Shown: one piece after another, positions 1 through 13,414 of the stretch
Layout of the letters: the number at the start of each line of letters is the position of its first letter
How positions within the stretch are numbered: position 1 is the stretch's first letter
Source of the DNA: Gordius albopunctatus
Taxonomy: Eukaryota
Length of the DNA stretch: 64,000 nucleotides
Direction of reading: 5' to 3'
Assembly: GCA_964276515.1 (NCBI GenBank)
Contig: OZ193910.1
Span: 3,038,001 to 3,102,000, forward strand
Position numbers and translations under genes: made by a program
Notes under the pieces: model-generated
What the model was told of the DNA's origin: nothing
The model's database searches: none
The model's input: only the letters and a program-made list of their open reading frames with translations

Positions 1-226
1 CAATCGCGACACTTATAAAGGTCCCCTTGAAGTTGGTGACAATATGGATTAGGCTGCGGTCGTTCTTCATTCTCATTAGCGACAATTAAATTCTCACGAT
101 TGGGGGTAAGATCGTGGGGCGACGGAATTCCATTGGAATGGGATTGTAAAATTTGTTCCAGTGCGCGATTTGATGCAAAAGATTCCTTTCCCCGTTGTAA
201 GGGTCCGTTATCCATTATTAGTTCAG
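1..226 (-). CDS. Partial coding exon of a probable C2H2 zinc-finger protein (continues off the left edge)
   Basis: Acceptor cttccttgtatcag ends at 227. It is followed by 74 stop-free codons (ELIMDNGPLQRGKESF...PNPYCHQLQGDLYKCRD-C/W) ending in YKCRD plus TG, which looks like the start of a C2H2 finger. A strong-context ATG (ATA ATG G) sits at 215. Absent from the ORF track because it is truncated. Confidence 0.5.
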
Positions 227-2377
227 CTGATACAAGGAAGGAGTGGCGTTTTAAAGAGTAATGTTAGTATACATTTGATATGATATTTAATTCCCCTAAA
301 TTTTCATCATTTTTATCGTTAGGTTAATATGAAGGTGGCACCTAAAATGTGCGAAAGTTTTTATAGCTCTTAGAACATTTTTACCACCTGTAAACCGTCT
401 ATAACTTGGTGGAGGGGCGGGCGAGGGGTGTTGAGATTATATGAATTGAATAACAGAAAGCGACCCACACCTATAAACTTCGTGGAAATTATATTTTGGC
501 TTTAAAAGGGTTTAAACCACCCCCGCATACGATATTGTTTTTAGGGCCAATAGTGACCCCGGTGTAAGCAGTAAAACACGCAAAATTATAGATATATTTA
601 CGAATTTGAGGCAAATATGGTTGAGGAGACATCAATCTGAAGCAAGAACTTGTTAACACCTTTAATCCTCAGTTTTTTACCAGATTTTGGATAAAAATTC
701 AGCATACGTGATGCAACGATATATTAATAACTTAGGTGTAAATAGAAAGCAGGCAAGGGCTTGCGTCCCAAAGTATATACCCTCAAGGTCGTTTTGTCAT
801 TCAGAAAAAGAAGAGGATAGATGTTAAGGTGCTGAGGGTGGGCGAGATAGGGGATAGGTAGATTGAAGAAAAAGTATTCAAAAGTCTATACAACAGGAGC
901 AGGCAGCAGGACTAAGGTAAATAGTAAAGCTAGAGCGTAGTGAAGGGGAGGCAATGAAGGGCGCTTATTTCGAATTCTACAATTATGGTAAAAATTTAAA
1001 AACTATCATTTTGCCCTCCCCCCCCCTCTGATACCCATTCAAAATAGTAAATGCAAGATACGAAGGAGGCTATGATTAATATTACCCTAATCACTGTAAA
1101 ATCTAAAAATTGGCTATTTTAAAATATCTTTTAATTCAAAGATAATTATCGATCCAAAAGGTATTATTATATTTAAGGATTTTTAGTTTTCTTACTACAC
1201 AGATCATCGGAATTAGACTTTAATTTCAAGAAAATCGTTTAATAAAGTTAATAAATTTGTTAATTTGCCTCATGGATTTAGCAGATCTAGCTAGAGTTTG
1301 CTACTTTAAAACTAATTATAAACATAACATTAAATTGCAATTTTTAAGATTCTACCGTCAGCAACAATTTGATATTTTTACAATCCTTCTTTATATATTA
1401 GAAGTTAAATATTCAAAGAGATGCATATTAATCAATAGTATAAGTATGTCATTCTCAGGTTTCGAATTTGAACCCCCCCCCCCCCTAAATGGCGAAAAAA
1501 AAAATTTCAATGCAAAAACCCTAAAAAATTAAAAATTTTACGTCCCCCCAATGAATCACAGCTGAAAATCTAATTATTGGTTCAGAGATTATGATGGTGA
1601 GAAGATTAGGGGGGCTCTAAATCCAAAAAATTGTTGAAATTTATTATAATTATAACAAACATTTTAAAAAAGGATCATTTTGACTCTAACCCTAAATCAG
1701 TATTGTCCCCCTTTAATACAAATGCTAGCAGCTACGCCTATGCCCTTACATATACGATTTTCTGTAATCATATATTAATTAGTTGTGACTTTGTAGAATA
1801 CATATGCCTGATATTCGTAACATCTAACATACATACAATCCCATAAATAATAAAGCTCACGTGTTATTTTAAACAACTCAATTTTACCCACCCCTAGAGC
1901 CCTGCAAAAATACCACATTTTTTTACAAATGGCTTTTAAAATCCGCAAATTTTCACAAATTTCTCAAACTTCTTATATGACTGGTTTTTTTAATATTATT
2001 TATAAAAAATATTTCTTTCGATAAACGAAATTAAATGTGCACCCACATGGGCTTAGTCGGGGGGGGGCAGAGGGAGGGGCAGCTGCCCCCTTTATATTCA
2101 ACTAATGGCTACGCTAAACCCATGGATTAACAAGTGACGAGCCACAGAGGCCCATCTTATTTTTGTTGTAATTTTACCTCCACCTTTTAGTTGAAAGTAT
2201 GGTGTGATGTAAGCGAGCTTGTACTCAATTTTTGTTTTTCTGATGATAATAATTTTTTCTACGAAGTTGTGTGAAAAACATTACCAAAAACACACACATT
2301 TTTGAATTTATATTCAATTAAATAAATGCCATATAGAATTATCAAATAAACTTAAGCATATAAACAACATATTAAAT

Positions 2378-2553
2378 CATGGGCCTAGTTGAGGGGGGGG
2401 GGCAGAGAGGGGCGGCTGCCCCCCTCTAAATCCAAAAAAATTGTTTTGTTGAAATAATTAAAATTATGGCTAAAATTTCAAAAAATGATTATTTTGCCCC
2501 TCGCTAAATCATTATTGACCCCCCCTCTAATCCCAACGCTAACTACGCCCATG
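2378..2553. mobile_element. MITE family A (TIR CATGGGCGTAG...CTACGCCCATG, G-tract rich, 8-bp TSD, hAT-like)
   Basis: Termini catgggcctag / ctacgcccatg; flanks tattaaat / taataaat (7/8 match). Confidence 0.8.
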
Positions 2554-3263
2554 TAATAAATTCAAAAAAAAAGTTATCACTTTCAAATTTAAATTTATAT
2601 AGGAGTTATTATTAAAATTAAAAATGAATAATTTTAAAAGGTTGCGCAGCGTTGTTAATAATGGTGGTATTTTGTGGCGGAAAAAGACTTGAGGCGCCTC
2701 AAGTAGATGATTGGCAAAAAAACTAAGAATTGATTACAACATGTATATAATGCTAATCTTTTGGTTGAATTTTATTCAAGCAACTTGCCAAATGCCTTAA
2801 AAACATAGCTATGGGCTTGATTAAAATTCCCACTATCTAGTTTCTACCTGTATAATCGTTATTAAAACATTGATGGGGGCAAATGCATGGCTAGAATTAT
2901 TTTTTTATTTCATGTATATTTGCTAAATTTATTTAAAAAAAATTTAATTTAATTTAGTAGAGGGCGGGGCGGGGGGGGTGGTTCTGTTCATTAATGCTTC
3001 CCCTAACTTAGCCCGTGATCTGTATTTGATAAATAATTTTAAACACATTTCATTGTAAAAAATTAGCCAAAATTTCGAGAAAATTATTGAAATGTATAAA
3101 AATAAAAATCGCTAAATATATATAATCCCTATAAAATAGGTGATAAAGTTGTTTAAATAAAAATTAATTACCTATATATCATAACAAAATAATCGTAGTT
3201 TAAAACTAAGGCACCTCATAAATAAAAGCTCGATGGGAATGCCAAAAAGTCAATGAAAAATAC

Positions 3264-3318
3264 CTTGGAATGTGAGATCAGGTTATAGTCCACATCTTTA
3301 AACTCGGCGCATTTTTGG
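3264..3318 (-). other. Candidate small exon (5' UTR or coding) upstream of the left-edge gene
   Basis: aaatcgtag acceptor and AAG/gtattt donor bracket 55 nt; one frame is open (QKCAEFKDVDYNLISHSK). Its phase does not directly match the 1-226 exon. Confidence 0.25.
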
Positions 3319-6225
3319 CTACGATTTCGGATTTGAAAATAGTTTGGAGGTGATGATTGGGGTTGGCTATGTTTTGCACCTGACAACAGTGATATTAGAT
3401 GATAAAGTGGGAGAGGGGGAAGAGTATATATATATGAAAATTCTGCCTGCAATAGCACTCTGCGGCGCACACTTAAACCTTAAAACCGCCTCACTCCTTC
3501 ACAAAATATAGACATACTACAAGAAGGGGGTGAGGGGGGGGGGAGACTTAAGGAATATATCAAGCTCTTTCTACAGTTGGTTATAGGCGGATAGGGAGGG
3601 GGGGGGGGTAAGGGTTCCAAATTTGGTAGGAATATTTTTTGGCTTGCACCCCCAAAGGAAGGGGCGGGGGGTGGGTGGTGGTTATACAGGTAGGAAAGCT
3701 AGGTGCGATAGTAGGAGTAGTTAGTTAGTGTAGTAGATAGGATATTTATTTTTCCTTTCGTTTACCTCTCTCCCCCTCACTCGCACCGCTATCTCCTGTA
3801 CTCGATGGTGTGATGGTTCGCGAGTAAACAACAAAAAGCCCACCGCACTTAGCGAGTTGGGTTCGGAATGATGACTAATTGAAAAACGAGTACGTACCCA
3901 AAAATTTTGGCCAGGTTGTTTTTGCTTGGCCCAGGAGGTGTTAGTAATTAAAGAGATGTAAGGGGGGGGAGAGGGCTTAAGATCAAATCAGGCGAGGAAA
4001 TAAATGTTGCGAAATTCTATTAGGAGAAGCTAAGATTTGGAATTTTGACGGGCATGCCTGCTTATGATGATGTGATAGGTGGGGGTGGGGGTGTGAGTAT
4101 AATGCATTATCGATGATTTGGCTGGATGAGCTGAGCTTCAGGCTAGTGCAAATAAAATCGAGGACATTGAGTCAGAGTAGTAGGAAGGAGGGAGTATTGG
4201 ATGCATCACAAAAGAAGGGAACGAGGGCCAGAACCAAGCTAAGGAGAATGGGGGTGGGATGAGAGGGGTAGGGGGAGTACGATCAATAAATGGGAAAAAA
4301 TCCTTACTACAAAAACTGGCATCTGATGCTATTGCTGCATCAATAGAGTAACAAGTGGTTGGTTGCCTGTATATAGCAAGTATAAATCCTGCAAGTCGTG
4401 CCAAGCCAATCTCTTCAAGTTTGCCAGTGAGTGAACGGGGAATAAAATTTCATGACAGTGGCGCCGATATAATTTTGGAATGAGTTGAGGTAGAAAGAAA
4501 GTAATAACACTAGAGTACAGTCTGCGGCCTGCAATGGTTTTATATAGTCTGGGCTGGGTGCGTTCCAACTAATATTATGATAATCCAAGTTAAGAGAGAA
4601 TTAGTAAATTTCTATTGTCCCACCCAACTTAAACTAATCATCTCAACTACTCCGAGCTTTAAAGAACCGCTCAAAATCGTAGCCCCTGCCACCTCTGCAT
4701 TTACTAGTGCCAGAGGGAAGGTAAAATAATGCGCAATCAATATCGTACCACATCACGCCCAGGGGGACTTAATTATATTTCATCCACCCCCTCACTCACC
4801 GCCGCCGCCACCCCCCTAAAAATTACATGAGGGATATTGACATGTATATCAGGTCGCGGGGGCCCCCTCTAATCAATGGTTTTGTTTGATTTAGCTATCT
4901 AAGCTCCTCAGGCAGGCTCATCATATATATATGGCAAAAGCGCTCAGCAGCACGCAAGCAAATCAGGCACGAGTGGGGTGGGGTGGGGGGAAGAGCGAGA
5001 AGGTTGTGCATTTGCGTTTGTGTGTTATTATTACAGCTTTTGCATCCGCGACGCGATTGACATATAAGGAGAAAATATACTGAAGGGAGGGGGGTTGGGG
5101 GGGGGAGCTAGTGGTTGTTATATTTATTATATCTCAGTTAAGAAGGAAGGAGGAAATCGACCCATTTTGTCCCAATTCTGACCTAAAAAGATCAATAAAG
5201 CGATAGAAAGATATTTACAGTAACTTCCGAATGGCCTTCCTTCCCTTCTGTACACGACTTGGATTTGCAGCATCGAAATGCTATATTTGAAAGATAGCCT
5301 TTGCTTTTTATATTTATTGAAGACCTGCTTATTAATAATAGGGCGAAAACTTTAAATCACATGTCCCACCCAAAATTGACTCAGATACTCCAATAAGAGT
5401 TTTCTTAAATTTTATTGGGGAGGAGGGGACAAATACTTTTTAATCAAACTTTGCAATATAGGCCTCATTGCTCTTTTTACCTCAAAACGGGGGTGCTATC
5501 ATGAAAGCCCTGTGCTTTATAGTTGACCAATAAAAAAATAATTAAATCTTGTTAAGTAAAACGTTGAATAGCTGCTACATTTTTGTTTTTTACAGGAAAG
5601 ATGTTTGTCATGGAAGGCTTGCAAATAAGTCGATGAACATGAGTGGAAAAGGGAAATATCTTTATGGCAAAAATGAATACTTACCCTGCAGGTAAATTGA
5701 AAACTATTGCTGTATGATGGTATAAGTGTTCACTCGCATTTATTTAAAATATATAAATTGTGCTTATTCTGCGATATTTATTCTAGCAAGTCAATCGTGT
5801 TTATCAGTAGTAAACTTAAATAAATTTTTTGTTTTAAAATATTTACGAAACCAAGTAAGTATACAATGGGGAAATTAGTATAAAAAAGATTATTTTTCTC
5901 TTAGTCGACTTAGCTTTGGGGGAAGGGGAAGGAGGGTTATTGCCAAACTAGGCAGGTAGAATCTATACGTTATTCAAGCTATTCTGACTTAGGAAGTGCC
6001 AGGGTAACACATACGATATTTTTTCCCTTGGCAATATATAAGTCCAAGAACGTAATCGATAAATCCTTGCCCCCCATTCACTAGAAGCCCCCCTCTTGCT
6101 TCGCCCCTTATTACCTGTAGCAACCCCCCGCCCCCCCCTGCTATTTCCTTTCCCACCCACATATATTGGTGATGGATAATAATGAATGATGAGTTAGGAA
6201 ATTCTTCAAATTTTGTCAACCTTAC

Positions 6226-6258
6226 CGGGAAGAAGCACATCTCATCGCAGGGTAGAGA
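6226..6258 (-). other. Candidate 33-nt exon
   Basis: Strong polypyrimidine acceptor ttttctctctcgtctag and donor CCG/gtaagg. Confidence 0.3.
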
Positions 6259-6645
6259 CTAGACGAGAGAGAAATATTAATGCGTGGGATATGGTATTTT
6301 TCACAACATTAGATCGCAGTAAAATACTTTTAAATATGAAGGGCAAGAAGTCGATATGTGTCCTTTCAAGTGACGATTCCATTAAATTTCGGTTTTCAAT
6401 TAAAGATATTAAAGGGGGGGGGGGGGTAAAAGGTGTCCTGCTGAGAACCCTTATTTTTGACTCCTATAATTTTTTTATCATGTATGATACATTAGTGGAG
6501 CTTAATACTCAATCATTCGTTTAGGTAGCCCAGTTTGAAATTTTAAAGGATTAAGAAGGCGCCTAAAGGCCTATAAAATTTTTCAATTAGTTATTTATTA
6601 TGTATTTATTACGTGATATATTATAGCGAAAATATCCAACTTTAT

Positions 6646-6825
6646 CATGGGCCTAACCAAGGAGGTGGGGGGGGGGGGCAGAAAAGGTCTGCTGCCCCCC
6701 TCTAAATCCAAAAAATTGGGACGGAAATCTATTGAAATTATGGCTAAAATTTCAAAATATGATAATTTTGCTCCTTCCTAAGTCATTATTGCCCTGCTCT
6801 AATCCAAATGCTGGTTACGTCCATG
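6646..6825. mobile_element. MITE family A
   Basis: Termini catgggcct / ttacgtccatg; flanks aactttat / agctttat (7/8). Confidence 0.8.
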
Positions 6826-8445
6826 AGCTTTATACATAGGTCATCTTTTTTTTATTTTGGGGCGACTCTAATAATTTTTGGAGTATAAACCATCTAATAT
6901 TACAAAATATCTTAAAATTTATTTTAAAACCCATGGCAAATATTAATTGAACTATTAAAATAATGGGGATTTTAAACGAGTATCCGGATTTAAAAATTTC
7001 TAAAAATGCATGGGGCCATTAAACCACATCTGTATGCCGCCGTTTTTTCAAAATAAAACTTAGCGGCTTCAATATTTCGACATAATCACTGAAAAATATA
7101 ATGAAAATTTATTTTTTTGCACAAATTTGTTCTTAGCGCTAGGATGAGAAAAACTATTTCGTAGAAACACTACAGATAATTTTTAGCCGTCCTTGGAATT
7201 TCACTGGTGCATTATGAAACGTTATTCTATACAAAGCGTCAAGAAGTTTTGCTAGTCTCTAGTCTCATCAAGGAAAATATGAAATTAGGAAGACTTTGTC
7301 CATGACATAGCCTTGATCCAGCCAGCATTGCTTATATCGAAATTTAGCTGAGATTCTTTAAATCAAAATAACTTCAAGCTATCTGCCTTGCTTCTTAGCT
7401 ATCTAATTCTGCATAAAACTTAGGAATTTCAATGTCCTTTGTAATATTGAAAAATAAATCATCGCGGAACCAAAATATTCCACAAATTAGAACGAGTCAA
7501 GACGGCCATTTTTAATACCCACATTTGTACGGCGTGGATTGCTGATATTAAATGTTTTATAGCATCGCAAGATTCCTATTTGTTAAAATTTTCTTTTAAT
7601 AAGCGCAATTTTTGCTTATATATAAGAGTGACCAGGTGACAAAATAACGAGTCCTAGTTGTAGTGAGACATTAAAATTACTGCATCCAGAGCGTGTCCGA
7701 GCAATCCTTAGAACTTTTCTATTTCTAAAGAATATAAAGGCTGACTCTTTGTTTTTTACAGGTCAAGTGAACCAGCTTTAAATACCATTAGTATATTTAT
7801 AAAATAATTTACTCCTGTCCCAATCATTTAAGATACTCTTATAGACCACCTTTTTATCCCTTATGCTTATCCATTAAAATGCCTTATTAATGGCCAGGAT
7901 AAGCCAAAGTTTAATTTTCTTTGGTACCTTCTTAAATGTTCAATTTGACCCTTTTAAGCCCGATCGCTTAGTTTTTATATTTGGTCGATTAAGAATCTCC
8001 CAATCCACTAATTTACAAAAAAAATTTAATTACAACTTATTAGAATGAAAGTAATTATATAATAGTCAAACTAAAAGGATTTAGATGGGCAATAATGATA
8101 CAGGGAGGTGCAAATTATAATTTGTCGAAATTTTAGCCATAATTTTATTCAACTTTAAAGAATTTTTGCACGTAGAGGGGGGCAGCCGCCCCTCTCTGTC
8201 ACCCTCTAGCTACGCCCATGGCTGTACTAAAAAATCATAGAAACCGGATATACTAATATAATCATTTTAGCCCAGCCCCGTTTTGCCTCGGCCCAGTTTT
8301 AAAATTCAATTTTTTCTTGTATTTTTGAAACTTATAACAAGTGATTTAACTTTGCTAAAACTGCACAAACGAGCTTCTTCGAATGCTAATTTTTCGTTAT
8401 TGCCACGTAGTATGACCTTTCAGGGTAAATACTAGTAGTAGTCGT

Positions 8446-8595
8446 CATGGGCGTAGCCAGAATTTGAATTAGAGGGGGGTAAAAATGGTTTCGGGAGGGG
8501 CAATAATGATTATTTTGAAATTTTAGCCCCATAATTTAAATAAATTTTTGGATTTAGAGGGGGGCAGCCGCCCCCCCCCCTTGGCTACGCCCATG
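8446..8595. mobile_element. MITE family A (opposite orientation)
   Basis: Perfect TIR catgggcgtagcca / tggctacgcccatg; perfect 8-bp TSD gtagtcgt at 8438-8445 and 8596-8603. Confidence 0.9.
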
Positions 8596-11500
8596 GTAGT
8601 CGTCCGTTTGCACTAGAACAGCCACCAAACGTTCGCAAAAAAATGAGTAAAGGTAAGTCAGTATCAGGCGAGACGACACATAGGCAGGACAAGCAACCGA
8701 GGAGAGAGCACGGGGTCTCTAACATTTTTTTGCGCGTTGTTACCTTCATCTCTGTCAACCTGCGAGCTAGCTCAGTCTTTTTTCTCCTCTCTCTCTTCAC
8801 GTAAATTATGCTGCTGCTATACTACATTTCTTAGCCTCCCTCCCTCCCCAGCCCCACTCTCAGCCAGCCAGCCAGCCAGCCAAAATAAAGGTAGAGGAAT
8901 TTGAATGAAATGCAAAGAAACAATATTACCTCCCTCCTCTCAGAGGACACGAAGTAGAAAAAGGAAGTATAACGACCAATAATAATTTCTAGTTCTACCA
9001 CGTAGGTTGGTAGTAGGGAGGGCTATGCTCGCTTTTGCGTCTTTTAAGTGGTAATGGGGCTATGTGAACTTTATTTTAGAGTTTTTTTTTTTAATAAAGC
9101 AGAGTTTATTACCAACATTTTTAGAGATTCTATTATTGATTTTCGTGCAAATGTGCGCATTGCTGATGGAAATAACCTCTTGAGTTTTTGCTGCCCCGAC
9201 TATCAAACTTAACTTCAATTTGGCAATAGATCGATGGGGCGTTGGTGTATGTAGGAAATGCGGGCCAAAAATATTAATCTGAATTCTGCGTGGGTTTGGT
9301 CGTCATCTTACCATAAGAATGCTTTCCTCTAAATAAGTACAAATGGCTAGACAGAAAAAGCCTATCATCGCCTATGATGTCTAGATTCCTTCAGCAACAA
9401 TATCTCATCCGACCATAATCACTGACGTTAAACAAAAAATGTAATTTTCCCAATAATTATGAAGTTGATGAAGATTTCATTGAAAATGCTTGTCCCAATA
9501 TTATCGTCAATATGAAAACTAAATTTTTTACTATCCCATCACGTGTTAAAGTGCGAGAAATTTGAATTTTAATAAATGATGGTTTTATAAAATTTAAATA
9601 ATAAAAAGATGACAATCGATCAAAATTATAGGATAACATTGTATACATACATTGACAAAGCATACTTATGCTATTCCTATAAATAGAATACTCAAAATTT
9701 CGACTCGTTAAATAATTGCCGCAGCAATTCAAATTTTCACCAAAGTCATAAATAATAGCCCTAGCAAGTTATTTATTAAGACAAGAAGTTACACGTTTTT
9801 AAAGATTGCTAAATTATTTAATTAACATTTTAAAAGTTCAAATGGTTTTGTTGTTTGCCACGCGACCAGCAAAAGTTCATTTTATAGAGGAGGAGGAGGA
9901 GGGAGAGGCGAGTTGCTAAGCTAAGGCAACGAAAACATGAACGAACTGCGAAGGAAAGTTTGTGCAAACATTTAAATATATACAAATGCAAAACTATTTT
10001 AGAATTTTATAAATTTACTGTTGATTAAATGTGCCTTGTTTTTGGCGAATTTTTAATTTAGTTTGTTGAAAAGCTAAGGGTTGTTTAGGGGAAAAAGTAC
10101 ATATAGTACTACCGGTGTGCTTAATATTAGCCAGGATATAATTTCCCTCATCCTTAAGCCAAATGTTGTAAAAAGTTGAATTGCTATTTATCAACATGTT
10201 TATTAGTAGTAATTTACTCATATATATTTACTTCCAAAACCACTTTTCTTGGGCATTTCCTGTCGATAATTGACTAATTTCATTAAATCTCTTTTTTTTA
10301 AATGTTTTTTAAGGTTTTGAATTTCAAAAAATACAACGCAACGAGTTAGTTATCAATACTCTGCTAAATTGGCGTTTAATATTGAGCCCAATTTAACTGA
10401 GCTCCTCGTCAGATCTTGTTGTTTTTTATGTAAGATATTCGATTAAATCTGCAATCTGCACGAACAGGTCGGGCCAGTGGACCAGCCTAAAAACCTGGGG
10501 CACGAGCGGATATTGACGGGCTAGACCAAACAAATTTTGGCCGGGCTCTGGCGGCAAGACATATTTAAAAATTGGCGAAGGGCCCATATTTTTTAAACGG
10601 TCCTAGAACTATAAAAATTTAAACTGACCACAAACTGACTTAATTTAAAAATATAGACAATTTGATTTTTCGAATTCTGGTTAAAATTGACATAATCCCA
10701 ATAATATTACTCACCTCTTTAATCGATACATTACATTTTAATTATCCCATCATCTTGTATTGTAAAAACGGCTGGGTTGGGGGGGGGGCGAAACTTTTAA
10801 AAGTTCGATTAGGATAATTTTTTTAAAACTTTTAAAGGGTTTTTGCATTGAATTTTTTTAATCATTAAGGGGGGGGGGCTGCTACCCCTAGCTATGGTCA
10901 TGCCGTAATTAATAACATTCGTTATATCCATATTACATATTAAAATTTTGGTTGGGTTGTTAAAGAGATTGGTGAAAATTGTGTAAATATCTTTTTCTCC
11001 GTTCAATCTACTCAATATTTAAGAAATAATGCGGTAATGGTTTAAGCGTTTGTGCCAAGTATTTTATTAGAACTCAAATTGAAAAAACCAATTTGATATT
11101 ATAAAAAAAGGTTTTATTACCGCACCCGTTTATTAATAGAGGAGGAAGGGGAGGGGGGAGGGGGGGGGGTAGAAGGCGGGCTAAATGCAGAAGAGATTTT
11201 AGAGAAAAGAATCTATGGCATGAAAAGGAGAATCCTTTAAGGCCCTTATTCCACACATCCACACCCAAGTGATAATAAAATTAGTTCAAGGCCATTACAC
11301 GTTTCGCCAAAGCACGAGCCCATAAATCTTCAAAAATAACCCATTTGCAGGGAATGAGTATAATTTAAATATATCAAAAAAAAAAAAATGATTGCTGATG
11401 ATTAACGTTTAGCAAAAATCCTTGTTGTCATAATTACATTTGCGATCATTTTAGGAAAATGTTTTAAAAATGTGATTTAAATGATATAATGTGATCTTCC

Positions 11501-12240
11501 AAGTTAAAATAAAGGCATAGGCTTAGCAGGGGGCAACTGCCTCCTTTCTAAATCCCAAAATTTATTTAAAAAATTTATTTTTAGAATTAAAGAAGCAATT
11601 TTCACCTCATTCCCCTTCAGCTTTAATTCAAATCCTGGCGATGCCATAAATTTATGTCACCAATTCAACCACCTCCCGTAATGAATTAAATTTAAGGGAG
11701 TTTGGCTGCTTTGATTTTTAGATAGTCCCTGCCCTGTAAAGAAAAATAAATTTTACCCCAAACATTTAATGTAATATAAGAATGGACTTGGGAAAGATGG
11801 ATGATTTCAGATTCATACCATTCAATTTTATATTACCCAAAAAAGTTGTTTTGATCTTGTGGTGAGGTTCTTTAAAGAGTTTAATATGGATCGGAATGGG
11901 CCGATCCGATTTGCCAAAATTTTTATTTTACAACATAGTTGCAACAATTAGTTGATTAATTATCATACTTTTATTGTGCGAATGCAAATATCTGTTAAAG
12001 TATAAGTTTGCAACTGTATATTTAGACTCTAATTAGCATAAATTACTTAGCAATTTGTAATTATTTACTTAGCAGTTAAATAATACCCTTTTTTAATTTT
12101 GTTTTTTCGAACAATATATTTTTAATGGAAAATTGTTTATTAGATTACACACAAGTTCATATTAACTCTATTGTTTTCATTGAAATTATTCCCAGTGTTA
12201 GCGCCGGTGCTATAGGAGTAGCGCATTTAAGTGCAATCGG

Positions 12241-12581
12241 CTATAGCACATAGCACCTCAAACTCCCATCTCCTATAGCACATAGCACCTCAAACTCCCA
12301 TCTCCTATAGCACATAGCACCTCAAACCTCCCATCTCCTATAGCACATAGCACCTCAAACTCCCATCTCCTATAGCACATAGCACCTCAAACCTCCCATC
12401 TCCTATAGCACATAGCACCTCAAACTCCCATCTCCTATAGCACATAGCACCTCAAACCTCCCATCTCCTATAGCACATAGCACCTCATACCTCCCATCTC
12501 CTATAGCACATAGCACCTCAAACTCCCATCTCCTATAGCTTATAGCACCTCAAACCTCCCATCTCCTATAGCTTATAGCAC
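12241..12581. repeat. Minisatellite, about 10.5 copies of a 32/33-bp unit ctatagcacatagcacctcaaa(c)ctcccatctc
   Basis: Units start at 12241, 12273, 12305, 12338, 12370, 12403, 12435, 12468, 12501, 12533 and 12566 (partial). They are head-to-tail with no unique spacers. Confidence 0.97.
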
Positions 12582-13275
12582 TTAAAATGACTATGTGCTA
12601 TAGCTTTAGCTCCTTAAAAACGCTATTTCCCCATCACTAATTTAGAGGGAGAGAAACGCTTCTATCCCACCCTAATAAATAAAATAATAGGAAATTTAGG
12701 TTAAAATTTTTCAAAATTATCATTTTGCGTTTTGCGCAGCCTTTTGCCGCCCCCCCCACTCCAATTTAATTGGAATTTAATTCTTAGAAAATTTTTTATC
12801 AAACCAAAGATTCTTCCGTTTTCGGCGATTAAAATTATTAGTCGGTCTATCATTATAAAGCTGTTGTTTGGTTTAAAGAATGGAGGCCAATCGACATTAG
12901 ATTTGTGAAATAAAAATGCTGATTTACAAATTGCCCTGTGAAATAAAACACGTGTTAGAAATAATCTTGATTTTAATGAGCAAATGATAGCCAATATTGA
13001 ATATTGGAAAACAGGATCTATGGTAGTCAAATAAAGCGCTAAATTTATATTTAAAATTCAACTTTCATTTAGCCGAAAAGTAGTTATTAATTTAGATTCC
13101 GTAAAGAAATAAAAAAATTGATAGACAATAATTTTTAAGGAGGGCAATGGTCAAGGGCTTAGCCATGATTGGAATTAGAGGGGGGAGGCAATAAAAATTT
13201 GTTCTTAAATTTTAGCCACAATTTGATAAACTCAAAATCTCTAAAATTAAGGAATAATCTTGTACCAACTTAGAC

Positions 13276-13414
13276 TAGTGTTGTAAAAGGGGCTGGGTAT
13301 TTTTTGGTCCACCTATGGTTTTAGTCGACTAAACATAAAGGGACCGAATGACCAAAAAACCTTTGATCGCGACTAAGGAAAAGAGACCAAGAATCTGCCG
13401 TTTTTACAACACCA
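13276..13414. mobile_element. MITE family B (TIR TAGTGTTGTAAAA, 8-bp TSD)
   Basis: Termini tagtgttgtaaaa / ttttacaacacca; perfect TSD acttagac. Related fragments lie near 10757, 17872, 33530-33635, 34322, 38652, 39430 and 54190. Confidence 0.85.

Noticed and set aside
5677..5695. ATACTTACC resembling the U1 snRNA 5' end
   Set aside because: The similarity ends after about 16 nt with no U1 stem-loops or Sm site; it is simply the complement of a splice donor.
7230..7345. Possible hAT dimerisation-domain remnant (RSF..L.LIK)
   Set aside because: It needs several frameshifts and only a few residues match; too weak to call.
12241..12581. 32/33-bp periodic array as a CRISPR
   Set aside because: Units are contiguous and near-identical with no unique spacers; there are no cas genes and the context is eukaryotic.
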